This document shows, piece by piece, positions 51,235-64,000 of a stretch of 64,000 bases of DNA (its first letter is position 1; the number at the start of each line of letters is the position of its first letter). The translations under genes were made by a program, and so were the position numbers. Under the pieces are notes generated by a model. The model ran no database searches. It saw only the letters and a list, made by a program, of their open reading frames with translations, and had not been told where the DNA came from. The DNA lies in the NCBI GenBank assembly GCA_028534125.1, contig CM052818.1, positions 44,766,001 through 44,830,000 on the forward strand. The letters are read 5' to 3'. The stretch comes from Lama glama. Taxonomy: Eukaryota.

Positions 51235-51427
51235 CGAGATAAACAAGATTATACTGCATAGCACAGGGAAATATATACAAGATCTTATGTTAGCTCAAAG
51301 CGAAAAAAAATGTGACAATGAATATGTATTTGTTCATGTATAACTGAAAAATTGTGCTCTATACTGGAATTTGACACAACGTTGTAAAATGACTATAACT
51401 CAATTAAAAAAATGTTAAAAAAAAAAA
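51235..51427 (+). mobile_element. short L1 3'-end insertion inside a MIR-like element
   Basis: TSD AGATAATAACCTTC at 51221-51234 and 51428-51441, poly-A tail. The flank CTTCAGTTTCTTCATCTGTAAAA is MIR core. Confidence 0.85.
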
Positions 51428-52634
51428 AGATAATAACCTTCTGTGCCCACGGTGCTGTTTTGCTGCTCAAGTGAGGGGGTAAGAGATGTGAGGGCACTTT
51501 ATAAAGCTGTAGGACAAAATACAAACCACCAAGCTTTCTTTCCATTAAGGACTCCTTCAGAAAAATGAGACAAAAAATAAACTGAAATCTTATCTAGGCA
51601 ATTTAGGACAGTATGAGAAAACGCAAAGCAAAAAACAAAACCGAAAATCCTCTTGACATTTTCTTTCTTGAATTGCAAAGCTCCTCGCAGACACAGATGT
51701 CCATACGTATCAGTCACGGTGATAAGAGGAATGGGGTCCTGACAGTAGTGCCACCTCACTGCCCTTTTCCCCAGATCTTATTGACACTGAGTGTCACACT
51801 GCTTTGTTTTAAGCAAGTTCATCCTCTGCCCTGAAGGGTTTCCTTCCCCTACACCCCCTCTTCCGAAACAAGCAGTAGAGATGGTTGCTTTGCAAAGACT
51901 CATTTCCAATTCTGATTCCTAAGATAAGCTGTCAGTCTCCTTTGGGTCTTATACCTCTTCTGGGTTTAATGTTGCAACTGTAGCAGCCCAGCCATGCCTG
52001 TTGCTCCCTGAACTGAAGTGCTGAAGTTCTACTTCAGACTTGCCTGCCGGAAGAGACCCTTAGAGACCAGCCAATCCCACCATTTCACAAACAAGAAAAT
52101 CAAGACACAGGAGTGGAGGCGGTTCCCAACCCAGTGTCACGACATCCTGCAGAACAGAGCTCCTCTTTCCAGAAATAGTTTCCTCTGGTTATTCCTGTGT
52201 CGAGCATGTGTTCCAGACTCACATATCCTGCTGCCAGCTCGACATCTCCAGATGGATGACTAATAAGTTTCTTCCACTTAACTTGTCCAAGCAGAACTCC
52301 TGATTCAACCCACCCACCCTAACTGGTGCCTCCCCGAGCTGCCGATCTCAGGTAATTGCCCAGTTGCCCGGACCAAACCCAGGAGTCATAATTAAAGTCT
52401 TTCTTCCTCTCACTTCCCCACTTCCCACACCCGATTCACCAGCAAGTCCTCCGGCTCTACCCTCAAAATATATCCAGAATGCATCCATTTCCTCCCACTG
52501 CGATGACTCCCAGCAAGCCTCTGTCACCTCTCACTTGAGCTTCTGCAGTAACCACCCAACGGGATTCTGTGGCTCCACATGTGTTCTTCCTGAATCTTCC
52601 CTCCAAACAGTAGCCAGAGTGAAGTTTTAAAAAT

Positions 52635-53160
52635 CTAGACCAGATGAATGGATAAAGATGTGGTATACACATATGGTATACATACAACGGAACACTTCTC
52701 TGTCATAAAAAGAGAATGAAATAATGTCATTTGCAGCAAAATGGATGGACCTAGAGATGATATACTAAATGATGATACCACTTGTATGTGGAATCTAAAA
52801 AAATGATACAAATGAACTGATTTACAAAATCGAAACAGACTCATAGACAGAGAAAACAAACTTATGGTTACCAAAGAGGGAAGGGAGGAAGGATAAATTG
52901 GGAGTCTGGGATTAGCCGATACAAACTACTGTATATAGAATAGATAAACAACAAGGTCCTACTTCATAGCACAGGGAACTACATTCACTATCTTGTAATA
53001 AACTATAATGGAAAAGAATCTGAAAAAGATATATATATATATATTCATATACCTGAATATATATATATATGTATATTTGAATCACTTTGCTGTACACCAC
53101 AAACTAACACAACATTGTAAATCAGCCCCACTTCAATAAACGAGTAAATAAATTAATAAA
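52635..53160 (+). mobile_element. L1 3' fragment
   Basis: CAGATGAATGGATAAAGATGTGGTATAC..CATTTGCAGCAAAATGGATGGACCTAGAGAT.. followed by 3' UTR and an A-rich tail. Confidence 0.85.
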
Positions 53161-56100
53161 AGCATAAGTCAAAGTGTACTGCTCTACAACTCCAAGGGTT
53201 CCAATGGCTTCTCATCTCAAAATGGATCCTAACTCCTTACCATATTCTATAAGATCCTACATAATGGATCCTGCCCACTTCCCTCCTTCTTGAACCCCAT
53301 CTCCTAATAGGGTCCTCTTAACTCTCTCTCTTCTAGTTGCATGGGCATTCCTGCTGTTTCTGGGACACACCAAGCTCATTCCTGCCCCAGGACATTTGCA
53401 CTTGCTGTTTATACCCCTGAAATGCTCTTCACCCACATCCTGGCACAGATTGTTGTCTCACTTTATATCCAGGTTCTGATTGAACCAACCTTGACCACAC
53501 TCTAGAAAAGAGTAAACCTCAGCAGTCACTCCAGCCCTTTATCCTGATTTACTTTTCTTTATAGCTCTCTCTCCACATGAAATTATATTATGCATTTGTT
53601 CATGTTCTTGTATATTGTGTGTCTTCCACCTGGATACTTAAGCTCCCTGAGGATAGGACCTTAGTCTGTCTTGGTCCTCACTTTGTCCAGGGTGCCTGAA
53701 ACAAGATCTGTCACATATCAGTCACCTGTAAGAATGCTTATCACAATATTTGTTGAATAAATGAATGGATCAGGAAACTAGCAGATGAAGTTTGGGACAA
53801 CCCAAATCTTCTTGAGAAATAATGTATGGACTTAACACACCACAGGCATGTGTGTCATGTCTTAGCACAAAGTTCTCACCAAGGCAATTTTAGTGTGATG
53901 AATCTACAAAAGGGTCATGGTGCTTACAAAGAAAGGAGATAAGAATATTTTAAAAATGCATTTTTTTTTTTTGCAAGGAACGCACTACCTGGGCCCGGGA
54001 GTTCCTGTTTGGCTCTGTGTTCTCCTGTGGCATATTTATATTCTTATAGTCTCAGACCGAGGTACTTTCCCAGGATGTGTAGCTCCTGGCAGAAAGATGG
54101 GTCAATTGCAATCGGTTGAAGCGGTGTTCCATCTTTGGGACACGACTGAGTCTCTCCAGAAACCATTTTCCAAGTGGGCCTCCAGGAATTCCCTGGCAGG
54201 AACGACTCAGACCTGCAGGGGGTGCTGATGGCACATGTCCATTCTGGAAAGCCTTGGAAAACTGGGGTCCAGAAATATAACCAACTATTTCTTCAAGTGG
54301 AACAATTAAAGAGGTCATTGAATTTTATAAATATGCAAGATGTTCTCTTCCTCCTGCCAGAGCCTGAGAAATTGAAAGATTCTTTAGACTCAAAGTGTCA
54401 AGTGGTCCAGTTGGGCTCATACAGCCCATGTTATGCAGGATTTTACCTGAATTCTGGGACCACTTTCTCTTCATGCATAGATTTGGATGTCCCTTATCAG
54501 CCTGTCTGCAAAGATGGACAAGGTGATGTCTCCAAATGATGGTTAAGAATGTCCAATAAATACACTATTGAAATTCTGCCTGGAAAAGCACAAAAAACCA
54601 GTTCTCATCATCACAGAGAAACTGTTGTAGGTTTACTGAGAGAACCTCCAGAACTTTGCTTCATGCAACTGGAGAGCAAAACAATGTGACCTTACTGTCA
54701 ACCATCTAAAATCACTAAACAAAATGGAAATTATTCTATTAATAGTTTATTTATGACAATACCACTAGGTCAGAATTAAGTCTCAAATCTTGCTTCTGAT
54801 TTCACAGTGGCAACCTCACGTTCATTAAGCTAGTCCTTTTTGTGGATGGTAAAGCCTCTGCTTATTCTCAGACCACAATCCTTCAGGGCAACCCTTGAAA
54901 GTGGAAACGAGTCACATTCCCCTTCTGCCCTACCTCCCAACAAGGATCGTTATACTCAGAAAGAAAAGTGGACACAGTTCATCTTGGTCTGGAGTTCCGT
55001 GTCAGGTCTGGGATATGGTGTCCTCTCTTCTCCATGGGCAAGAGCTGGAGGAGATTTCTGCTCCAGAGTCATGGGTTATACCATCCTCCAAAGACAAGTC
55101 ATTGAGTTTTCACTGTGTAGCCTCACCACTTCCTTCACAATTTTGTGGATTCCCGGACTACTCATTTGAGGTCTTAAAACCAAAACTGCAGTCCGTAAAA
55201 AATGAATTTTTAAAGATCGTTTATCCCTCATCTCCCTCTCCATAGACGTCACTGTATCTGACATGTCCTCAGATCCTAGCAAGCTGTGGCTGCAAACTGA
55301 GGACACATGCAAATTGTGATGACTGTGTCCTCATCTGCCCAAATCACAGAAAACCCAAGCTCCTTCCCTTGATTCCCCTCTTCAAGTTCCATATTTACCT
55401 AATATTTTCTTACATGATTAAGAATTATGAAAGATGCGTCCTACAGCTAACATCAAAAATGAAAGGACAGCCCTCGGAGTGAGTATCTCCAGGGCCAGGC
55501 TGTGACTAGCAGTCTGATGGTCATCACCCACCCACATGCAGGATTAGTTCGTCGCAGAATATGTGCAGTCATCCCATCTTCCCCACAGCTGAGCTCTTTG
55601 AATCGGTGCCACCACGCACTGCTGAGTCTTGACTTAAATGTGGATCTCTAACTCTCATCTAAATTTGTCTGCATCACGTTACACTGTACTGCAGCATTGA
55701 GACAAAATTTATTTATATGCCAAAGACTGCCTCTCATGTAGCAGTACATTAAAATGCAATCCAAATCGCCAGATCGCTCAGAACATATCTTAGATTTTTC
55801 GAAGTTAAGCAAGGTTAATGTAGTCAGTTGTTAATGAAAAAGTCATTTCCCCCCGCCCCAAACTCCAGAACGACCATGAATCAAAAGCTCCTGGCTGATT
55901 TCCAAGAAAATTGGTTTAATTCCAGTAATAGGTGATTCAATTAAGTAGGGGGGCGGTCAGAGACAATGAAACTAGGCATTTAGTTTCAAACAGGAAATGC
56001 CAGTATAGAATCTCAATATGCTGGTCAGTTCTGAAGGAGCTCACGAGACCAAGGTTACAAATTCAGGTTATGAAGGTCACAGTCATCTGGGTGCTTGCAC

Positions 56101-56286
56101 GCCTGCCAACAGCAGAAGGGAATTCACAAGACTTTTCAGAGTCGGGATGTGCTTAAAGCAAATTTTCAACTGTACACTAAAAAGAAAGTTACATTAATCA
56201 ACGGTACAGGTAAAGTATGCTGCTTACTATCCATTAATTTTCCCCAAATTGTGGACATTAGCATATAGGCTCTGGGTTTTGATCAC

Positions 56287-56708
56287 TGTAGTGGGTTGTA
56301 TAGTGTCTCCAAAATTCATGCCATCCAAACCCTCAGAATGTGATTTCACTTGAAAAAAAAAGTCTTTGCAGATGTAACTATTTAAGTACCTCAAGATGAA
56401 ATTATCCTGAATGTAGGGCGGGCCCTAAATCCAATGACTGGTGTCTGTAGTCCTTAGAGGGAGAGGACACAGAGATGGAGGGAAGACAGCCCCGGGAAGA
56501 CAGAGCAGGGTTTAGAGTGATGCTGCCTGGGACTACCAGAAGTGGGAAGGGGCTCGGAAGAACCCTTCCCTAGTGTCTTCTGAGGGAGTGTGACACTGTT
56601 GATGTGATTTAGGACTTCTAGCCTCCAGACTGTAAGAGTTAAATTTTTATTGTTTTAAGCCACCCAGTTTGTGGTGATTTGTTGTGACAGCACAAGGAAA
56701 CTAACACA
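56287..56708 (+). mobile_element. MLT1-type solo LTR
   Basis: TGTAGTGGGTTG..CCTCAGAATGTGA..GTCTTTGCAGATGTAA..GACTTCTAGCCTCCAGACTGTAAGA..TTTAAGCCACCCAGTTTGTGG..GGAAACTAACACA. Confidence 0.8.
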
Positions 56709-59096
56709 GTCACTCTCTGCTTTTTCGCTGGAACATTCTGGCTTTGTCTTACATTTGCTATAAAGTTTGACCCATGATCATCTCAACAGCAAGTGCCAAT
56801 GCGCTTAATGAACTCCTGGTACCTGAGAGATTTGAGGAAGCGTGGGACAGCCTCCCATGACACCCTCACAAACAGCGTCTACAAAATTAAGACCACATTT
56901 CTTAGCATATCCTTCACTACTTGCCATGATCTGACCCAGCCCAGTCTTTGCAGGGTCAGCTTATTAGCATATGGCTCAGCCCATATCCAGCTGCATGCAA
57001 CTGTTCAGCCACCAGGAACGTCCTTGCCTTTCCCATATCATTGGTCTGAATCCTACTCATCCTTAAGTTTTTGGTTATTGGCCACCGCCTCCAGGAAGTA
57101 CACCCTATTTCATCCTGAGCTGGAAAGGATGATTTTGGTTGGAAATTTAAAAAAACTACAAGTCAAATTGGTGGTAGCAATAAGGGAATTTACTGTCTCA
57201 TGTGAGTGATACATTATGAATAAAAATGATGTTAGGTAAGGAATATTTTGGTGATTAAGGGACTAGTTTGTTTCTGTCTCTTATTCACCGTCTGCCGTCA
57301 ACACCATCTGGAGGCTGACTCACCTCACAGGTAAGAAATAGCTTTCAGCATCTCCTGGGGCTTCTTCCTTCACATCCAACAATGAAAAGACGGCCATCTT
57401 TGCAGCATTTCCAGCCAAAGGCTTGATCTTCATTCTGATTGGTTCAGCTTAGAGCACTTGGTCACCCCAAGCCAATCACGGTGCCCGGGAAGATGGGGTG
57501 CACTGATTGGTCAAGCCAAGTCACGTGTTCGACATCTGCAGCTGGGCGGGAGCATCTACTTCCCTGAAACCACGTGTCTCCCTAAAGGGAACAGGAGGAA
57601 TGACCGCGGGTGCTGGGAGTCAATCAAATGCCCATTACTTTCAGTTCACTCCCTCTTTTGTATGCCTAATACATTCGTCAGCAGTTCTATTAAGGCACTG
57701 ATCATCCTTTTCATGTGTTTTATTCCACTACCTATAACCCATCCCCTCACCCCCTGCCCGGCAAAAAAACAAAAAACAAAAAACAAAAAAACTCAACTTG
57801 GGACCAAAGACTGGCCTCCTCATATTTAGGTCTCAAGTAAGCCGTTCACGTGGCTGGTGCCTAATAAAGTTTTGTTGAAGTGAATTGCATTTCTAAAAAG
57901 GAAATTTTTAAAAGTTGTTTTCATACTTTCAAATTCCCAAAGGATCTTGTTATGTTGTTTCCTGCACATTGATTAATCCTTTCTCCAGTAAGGAAGGCTA
58001 ATCGCAGCCGTTTAAAGGCTCTCACGTGCGGTAACCTGATACATTTAGAACATTTTTGTCATTTAAAAACTAAGTCGGATGTCCATTGCATTTTTTGTGT
58101 GTGAATGTGTGGACAGTTATAAATAGACATGGAAAAACACTAAGGCTGTGTGAACTCAGTTGGCAGGGGCCCTGGATTTGGACCCCCAGATACAGCTTGC
58201 TGACAATTCACCACAGGCATTTTCTTCACACAGTTCATCATTTCAGACATTCTGAGCAACTATCCTGAATATCTGTTCAACAGTACATTTTTTCCACTTG
58301 GTGTTTTGGCCAAATGTGTGGCTTTTTCTTTAAAAAAAAAAAAAAAGAAGAAGAGATGAGACTCTCAGGCACAGATAAATATATACCCTGGCACTTGGTT
58401 CTAATACAACTCTCTATAGGCAATTCTGTCTCATCAATGGCATTGGTTTAAATCTGGAAGCTTCTGGAAGGCCTCAGTCTCACACTCCTGTTCCCACAGC
58501 TTCTCCTGAGAAGTCCCAGGGAGTGGGCCACGGACACTGTTTTCCATTAAATAGAGCCAGACGGAAAATGGACATGAGGAAGATGAGCTCTGGGGAGCCT
58601 CCCCTTTTGAGCTGTCTGGTGGCTGACACAGAATGTCACCGTGTGCCCTGCAGCCACCCCCACCGCCTTTTCCCAGCGTTGCCACATTGTTGTGCCACCT
58701 GTATTTCTCTCCCTTCCTCTCTCCCTCTGCAAAGCCCACCTAGCTTTCTATGGCCAGCCTCACTGCCGGGTTTGACATGTCTGACTACAGTTAATTCAGG
58801 CATTTCCCATGTCCAAAAGGTCCACTGGATGGCAGAGTTTGAGATCAGAACAGACTTTCCCATGGGTACCATGTAACTAATGAGGATTTAGGTTCCTAGG
58901 GTGGACCACAGAAGCCCATGGAACCCTCATGTGCTAGTGGTATCAGGGGTGAGACTTTGGGGTCAGCTTTTGAAAGGAAACAGACCACTGATTCACCACT
59001 GTTCTTTTGGAAGCTCCAGGGGTATTGACTTCTGATTTCAAACAACGTGGGGCAGAGATCTCTTGATCACATGGAGGCCACTGATTAACCTTTCTA

Positions 59097-59382
59097 GGAG
59101 TTTTATAGTTTTGTGTTTTACAGTTAGGTCTATGATCCATTTTAAGTTAATATTTGCGAAGGGTGGAAGGTCTGTGTGCAGTCTTTTTTTTAATTTTCTG
59201 CATGTGGATGTCCAGTTGTTCCAGCACCATTTTCAGGAAGTGGGGGATGGGTGATTAAGTTTATTTATTTATTTACATTTATTTATTTAATTTTATTTTT
59301 TAAATGGAGATACTGGGGATTGAAATCAGGACTTTGTGCATTTGCTAAGCACATGCTCTACCACTGAGCTCGACCCTCCCCC
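59097..59382 (-). mobile_element. old L1 fragment (about 59097-59232) next to a tRNA-derived SINE (about 59245-59382)
   Basis: L1 motif TTAGGTCTATGATCCATTTTAAGTTAAT..TCCAGTTGTTCCAGCACCATTT. SINE reverse complement GGGGAGGGTCGAGCTCAGTGGTAGAGCATGTGCTTAGCA. Confidence 0.75.
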
Positions 59383-62300
59383 AACTAACCTTTCTAATCG
59401 TGGTGTCTCTCCCTTGTCAGGCGGGCCTGGTGGGGAGAATGGGCTGGGAGGAAGAGGCAGTGGAAGCACTTGATGGATTAACAGGCTGGAAGGAGGCGCA
59501 GGAGAAGCCCTCAGGGACATGCTCCTGTATTGAGATGGGCACAGAAAACTAACACTGTCCCCTGGAGGGCCACTGTCCTCACTCTCGACTTGGGGGCAGT
59601 TCCAGCCTTCCTGGTCACGCACACTTCCCTAGCAACTTTCCTTCTGCCTGGAGCTTGGAGCAGCCTGGGTGCCACACTGGCTCTCACTGATCAGACACAA
59701 CCCACCCTCTGCTACCCTGGGAGGGATGCTGGTGCTCATGTAACCAACCGGGGCCCTGGGCTCCGCCCTCAGCAAACAGCCCAGAGGCTGCCAGGGTGGG
59801 GTGGGGTCTGCTCCAGAGGGGGCTCCTCGGGGCTGCAGCACAGCTTTGAGTCCACTGCGGTCGTCTGTCAAAATGTGGTGGCAGCAGCTCTGAGAATTGT
59901 GTATCACTGGTCACAGAGTTTCATCTCTCAGCAGCACAGAACTTTGCAACAAAGGACAACAGCTTTGCCAGAGACTGAAGGCTCAGTCACTGCTCCCGTG
60001 CCGGAGAGGAGAGAGAGGGATGGGAGGCAATCTCTGGGCAGGAACAATTTTATTACTATTATTGCCTTTAATAATTCTATTAATAGAGTTACTATTGTAC
60101 TTTTTTCCCCCCCCTGAGTGTTTTTACCTATATTGACTCATTTATTCCCACAATATCCCTCTGAAGGAGGAAAGCCTGGGATATTATATTCTCATTTAAC
60201 AGATGAGAAAACTGAGGCTCAGAAAGGATTGCTGACTCCCCAGGATCACACAGGAATTCAGAGATGATTCTTAAACTGAAAGTGACAGTCAGAACACCCC
60301 TATCATCCAGGCTTCCAGCAGGAAACAGATGGCATCCTTCAAAGAGGTGATTCATGGGAGCATAATAAAGGGACTATCAACAAAGGTGTAAGCAGGGTCG
60401 GGGAGAACAGGATGGGAAAGGCAAGCATCCCAGGACCAGCAGAGCAGGAAAGCCCCTGCCACCCATTGGCCTAGAGGGGCAGAGAGAGGGAGCGGTTACT
60501 GGAACTCAGTGAGAGCTGTCCCCGCAGCAGAGGTCCAGGACGCAGGAGCACTGCCAGACCCAAGAAATGAGCACCCCGTCGCTCTGGCCTCCCACCCCCT
60601 CCCATTTCCCGTAGGTGCCTCCCATTGGCCAAACCCAGCTGGAAGCCAGAGGGCAACATGGCCCGTGGATGCAGTCGGTGAGGTCAGCTTCCCGCAGCTG
60701 AGAGGCAGGGAGAAGTGAGCAGAGCAGATCTGGGGGGAAAAGGAAAACACCCAGCTACCACCTGCTGGGAGCTTATTACGTGGCAGAAACTTTGTTAAGG
60801 GACTTGTGTGATGGTCTCATGCAATCCTTGTTGTAATCCTGTGTGGGGGATATGAAACCTCGATTGCCAATTCACGTGGGTAAACACTGAAACTTCATTT
60901 TTCTATAATTTAATTTTAAATAGAGCCTCCATTCTGATAGATGCAGATATTTGATCTCAGTCAGTTCATAGTTTCTTCAGCCAGTTATGAACCTGGCTCC
61001 ATCAACTCCTAACACATTTTTCCCCAGAGGCTCCATGTATATCTATGTGACTTCCAGAGCACCCACTCAACTTGCTTCTATCCACGCCTCACACAGGCAT
61101 CTTTCAAGGCATCCTTGTTCCCATCTGGTCTCTTGTAATTAGATCAAATTCACAAGTGTCTGCCCCACTATGAGATGTCTCTAGGTCCTACTCTCTTTCA
61201 GCCCTCTAGGGAGCTCAGAAACATTTGGCTGTTGCCCATAATGTGGTGGTGGTGGTGGTGGTGGTGGCAGTGATGGTGTCACTAGGGACTCTCAGTCCTG
61301 CCAGCATGCAGTCTTCTCTGTTTCACCTCTCTCATTTGGGGCAGTTCTCTGAGACTTGCCACCTCAGGGATCCACTTTGGAAGCAAGGCTAAAGTCCTCT
61401 TTGGAGCCAAATCCCCAAATGGATCTGGGGTTCCTTTTATGTGCATCCCCCTAAGGACTTGGCCCAGGATCCTTTTCTCGGGGGTCACATGGAAATTTCC
61501 ATCTAACCTTCTTGTTTCTGTTTCTTCTCTCCCTCCTTCTGCCTCCTCCCCACATCCTCTGCCACTGACTCCAGCCTGTGGAATCTTTAAGCAATGTGAT
61601 GTGTTGGGAAAATGGCTCTGAGTAATCAGGTATGTGTCTATTTCCAAATATACTATTCATGCATAAACTTGATCCCCTAAATCTTTCAAGGATTAGGGTT
61701 TTGAAGCTCCAAAGATGAGATTTTGTAACTCAAAGCTCTTTCTCTTAAAAAAAATTATTTTTTTAATCTCTGCCATAGAGGTATTTAAAAACTCACGAAC
61801 CAAAAATTGGCATCTTGGTTGCCTGCCTTTGCCTGTGGCATCCCTTCCCAAGGATAGGAAGCCTCAGCTGCCATCTGAAAGAGACAGACCTCAAGTTACA
61901 GGAACCTCCCAGAATGAGAATGATAATAGTTAGTGCAGAGATGATTTACCACGATACTAGTGTGAAATTCAGGGCCCCCTCACTTGCAAGAGTCACTTGT
62001 GAGGGAGTCAAGCAATAGATTCATAAGCTTGTATTAAATATGCAAATTTTAGGATATCTGAACCACAATCAGTTAAGACCACTGTGTCCTTCCACTCAGA
62101 TCTCCTTTCCACTACAATTCTCCTTGCTTTGGGTGGTGCTGAGTGGTGTGGCTGTCCGGGGGCCTCAGGCAAGGGGAAACTGAGCTGGGTCTATGCAGTA
62201 ACATCCTAGACCAGGGCAAGAGTGGTGTACACCCTACACTTAAGAGGGCCCCACTCCTGTCCCCCCTTGACATTCCTACTCCAAAGGCAAGGAGTCTACA

Positions 62301-62419
62301 TGGTCAAGAAGACACGTGCACCAGAGCTTCCTCCACTTCTAGACCACTCCAGGTGAGGCAGAAGTTGCCTCTCAGATGTGCCTTGGAGAAGAGTATGTCG
62401 GTCAGCTGCAAGGAGGGCA

Positions 62420-64000
62420 GTTAGCTGAGATCCTCCAGCCACAGTACCTTGAGGATCTGCCATGGGGTTTGAGCCGAGACCACACTCCTCCCAGGCACCT
62501 TCAGCTAACGAGGCAGCTGGCCATTTCTGCCCAGTGGGGGACTCTTCCAACGGGCCATCCTCACATCCCCGCTGCCTACTGGGTTGGGCAGGACTTCGTC
62601 AGATTGGCATTCTAGTCTGCGTCTCTGCATGCCTGTTCTGCTTCTTCTTGCTTTCTTTTCATGGGTTTCAGATTTCTATTATGGTATGAAGTGTAGCCTT
62701 CCTGCACATTCCTGCTTCTTCCGCTGATCACTTTAACAGGCATCACCCCTGGTAAGCCTCCAGCACGCCTAACTCTGACTCAGCTCTGTGTACAGGATGA
62801 CTGGAACTGACTCTGTTGATCCCCGCTGTGCTCTGAGAAAGCAGGCGGTAAGAGATGGTCTGGGGACTTAATCAGTTGCCCTGAGGGCTCCGTCCCAGGG
62901 GGTACATGGGGCACAGAGGGACCCTGGAAGAAGGTGGCAACCAACAGCTATGAGTTTCACTGATAACTGGGGAGAACGCTCTATGGCAGGAAGACACAAG
63001 CAGTGCAATGATTCAGGCCTTCGAAAGGGGCGGAGGGGTGCAGGCAGAGGGGAGCAGAATGACTTGCATAAAGAGAGTGGAACTGACTGGTGTCTCTGGA
63101 TTGTACTGACCTGCTAGAGGGAGAGGATGGAAAACTGAGCACAGCTAACAAGCAATAGAAATCTAAATACGAAGGCCAAAAGGACACTTAGGGAGCTCCA
63201 GAAAGGCCCTTGTCTCCTGCGATGGGAGAGGAGGAAAAGCCAAAGCTGAAACTCAGGACTAAGTGGTCTGAGTCGCCGAGCTTCACAGATGATTGACTAC
63301 GCAGACAAAGCAGGTTTGTTATGCCGAAGTCAGGTCCCTGGTTGGAAACAACATGAGCGAAGTCATCTGGGTGGATGCTCTTGATAATTTCGGTTCCCAA
63401 GACCCCTCTGACCCCTCAAAGCTGGCAAGGGTGGCCCACTTCTCCTATTAAGAGCTCGTACTTTCTCCACCCTCCAAGACTGCAGGGCCCCACTGGGGAC
63501 CTGCCTCCCCTTCCTTTCTGGCTGTCAAGCCTACAACTGGGACTAAGTTGCTGCATAACCTTCGGGGCATCCGGGGCCTGATGAGGAGGGAAGAGGATGC
63601 CTGCCTCCCGCCCCCAGCCAAAGATGCGGTGAGAATTAGTTGACACATACCAATGAGAGCTGGAGGAGAACAGATACCTGGAAGTTGAGGTGCCTGATCA
63701 AAGGAGCTGGGACATAAGACTGGATAAAGGACAGATGACTGACTAGGAATCAGGATTTAATACATGGAAAGAACCCATGGGAACGATGTAACTCACTGGT
63801 AGCCTAGAGAAAGCCTGGACCAAGCTGGGCAAAGCTGAAGTGGCTGAACCACCACAGCAGACGGTAGAGAAAGTGATTAAAAGGTGTAGGGAAGTGGGAT
63901 GCCAAAATGGACATATTCTGTGAGGCCAAAAAACCTGCCAGAGAATTATGTTCTATGGGAAGGCTCAGAGGACACCTCATTCACCAAGGCCGTCTGGCAT
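62420..64000 (+). mobile_element. degenerate ERVL provirus (LTR16-like LTR followed by gag-like internal region), running off the window
   Basis: LTR-like ..GGCATCACCCCTGGTAAGCCTCCAGCACGCCTAACTCTGACTCAGC.. followed by internal GAGGTGCCTGATCAAAGGAGCTGGGACATAAGACTGGATAAAGG..CAGGATTTAATACA, which resembles ERVL gag. Confidence 0.6.

Noticed and set aside
59530..60117. 195-aa plus-strand ORF
   Set aside because: Non-ATG start and no homology recognised; probably a chance ORF.

Overview
Mammalian genomic DNA, probably camelid (inferred from the tRNA-derived SINE family and L1 3' ends). The window holds the complete E2F6 gene on the + strand: 7 coding exons from 18706 to 34650, 843 nt, 280 aa, with a CpG-island promoter and an AT-AC U12-type intron 4. 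A second CpG island at about 6.4-7.6 kb has a minus-strand splice donor; by synteny it is probably the distal non-coding first exon of GREB1. The main unexpected observation is a degenerate, intron-containing tandem paralog of E2F6 about 5 kb downstream, on the same strand. Copies of exon 3 (39766-40148), exon 5 (about 41804-41907) and exon 6 (about 44390-44521) lie in the parental order. The exon 3 copy is about 69% identical to E2F6 yet nearly free of disablements, apart from a SINE insertion and one frameshift, which suggests an old E2F6-like gene that died relatively recently. The rest is mostly interspersed repeats (SINE, L1, MER5/MER3, Tigger, MLT1, LTR41-like, ERVL). Repeat family names come from recalled consensus motifs and their boundaries are approximate.
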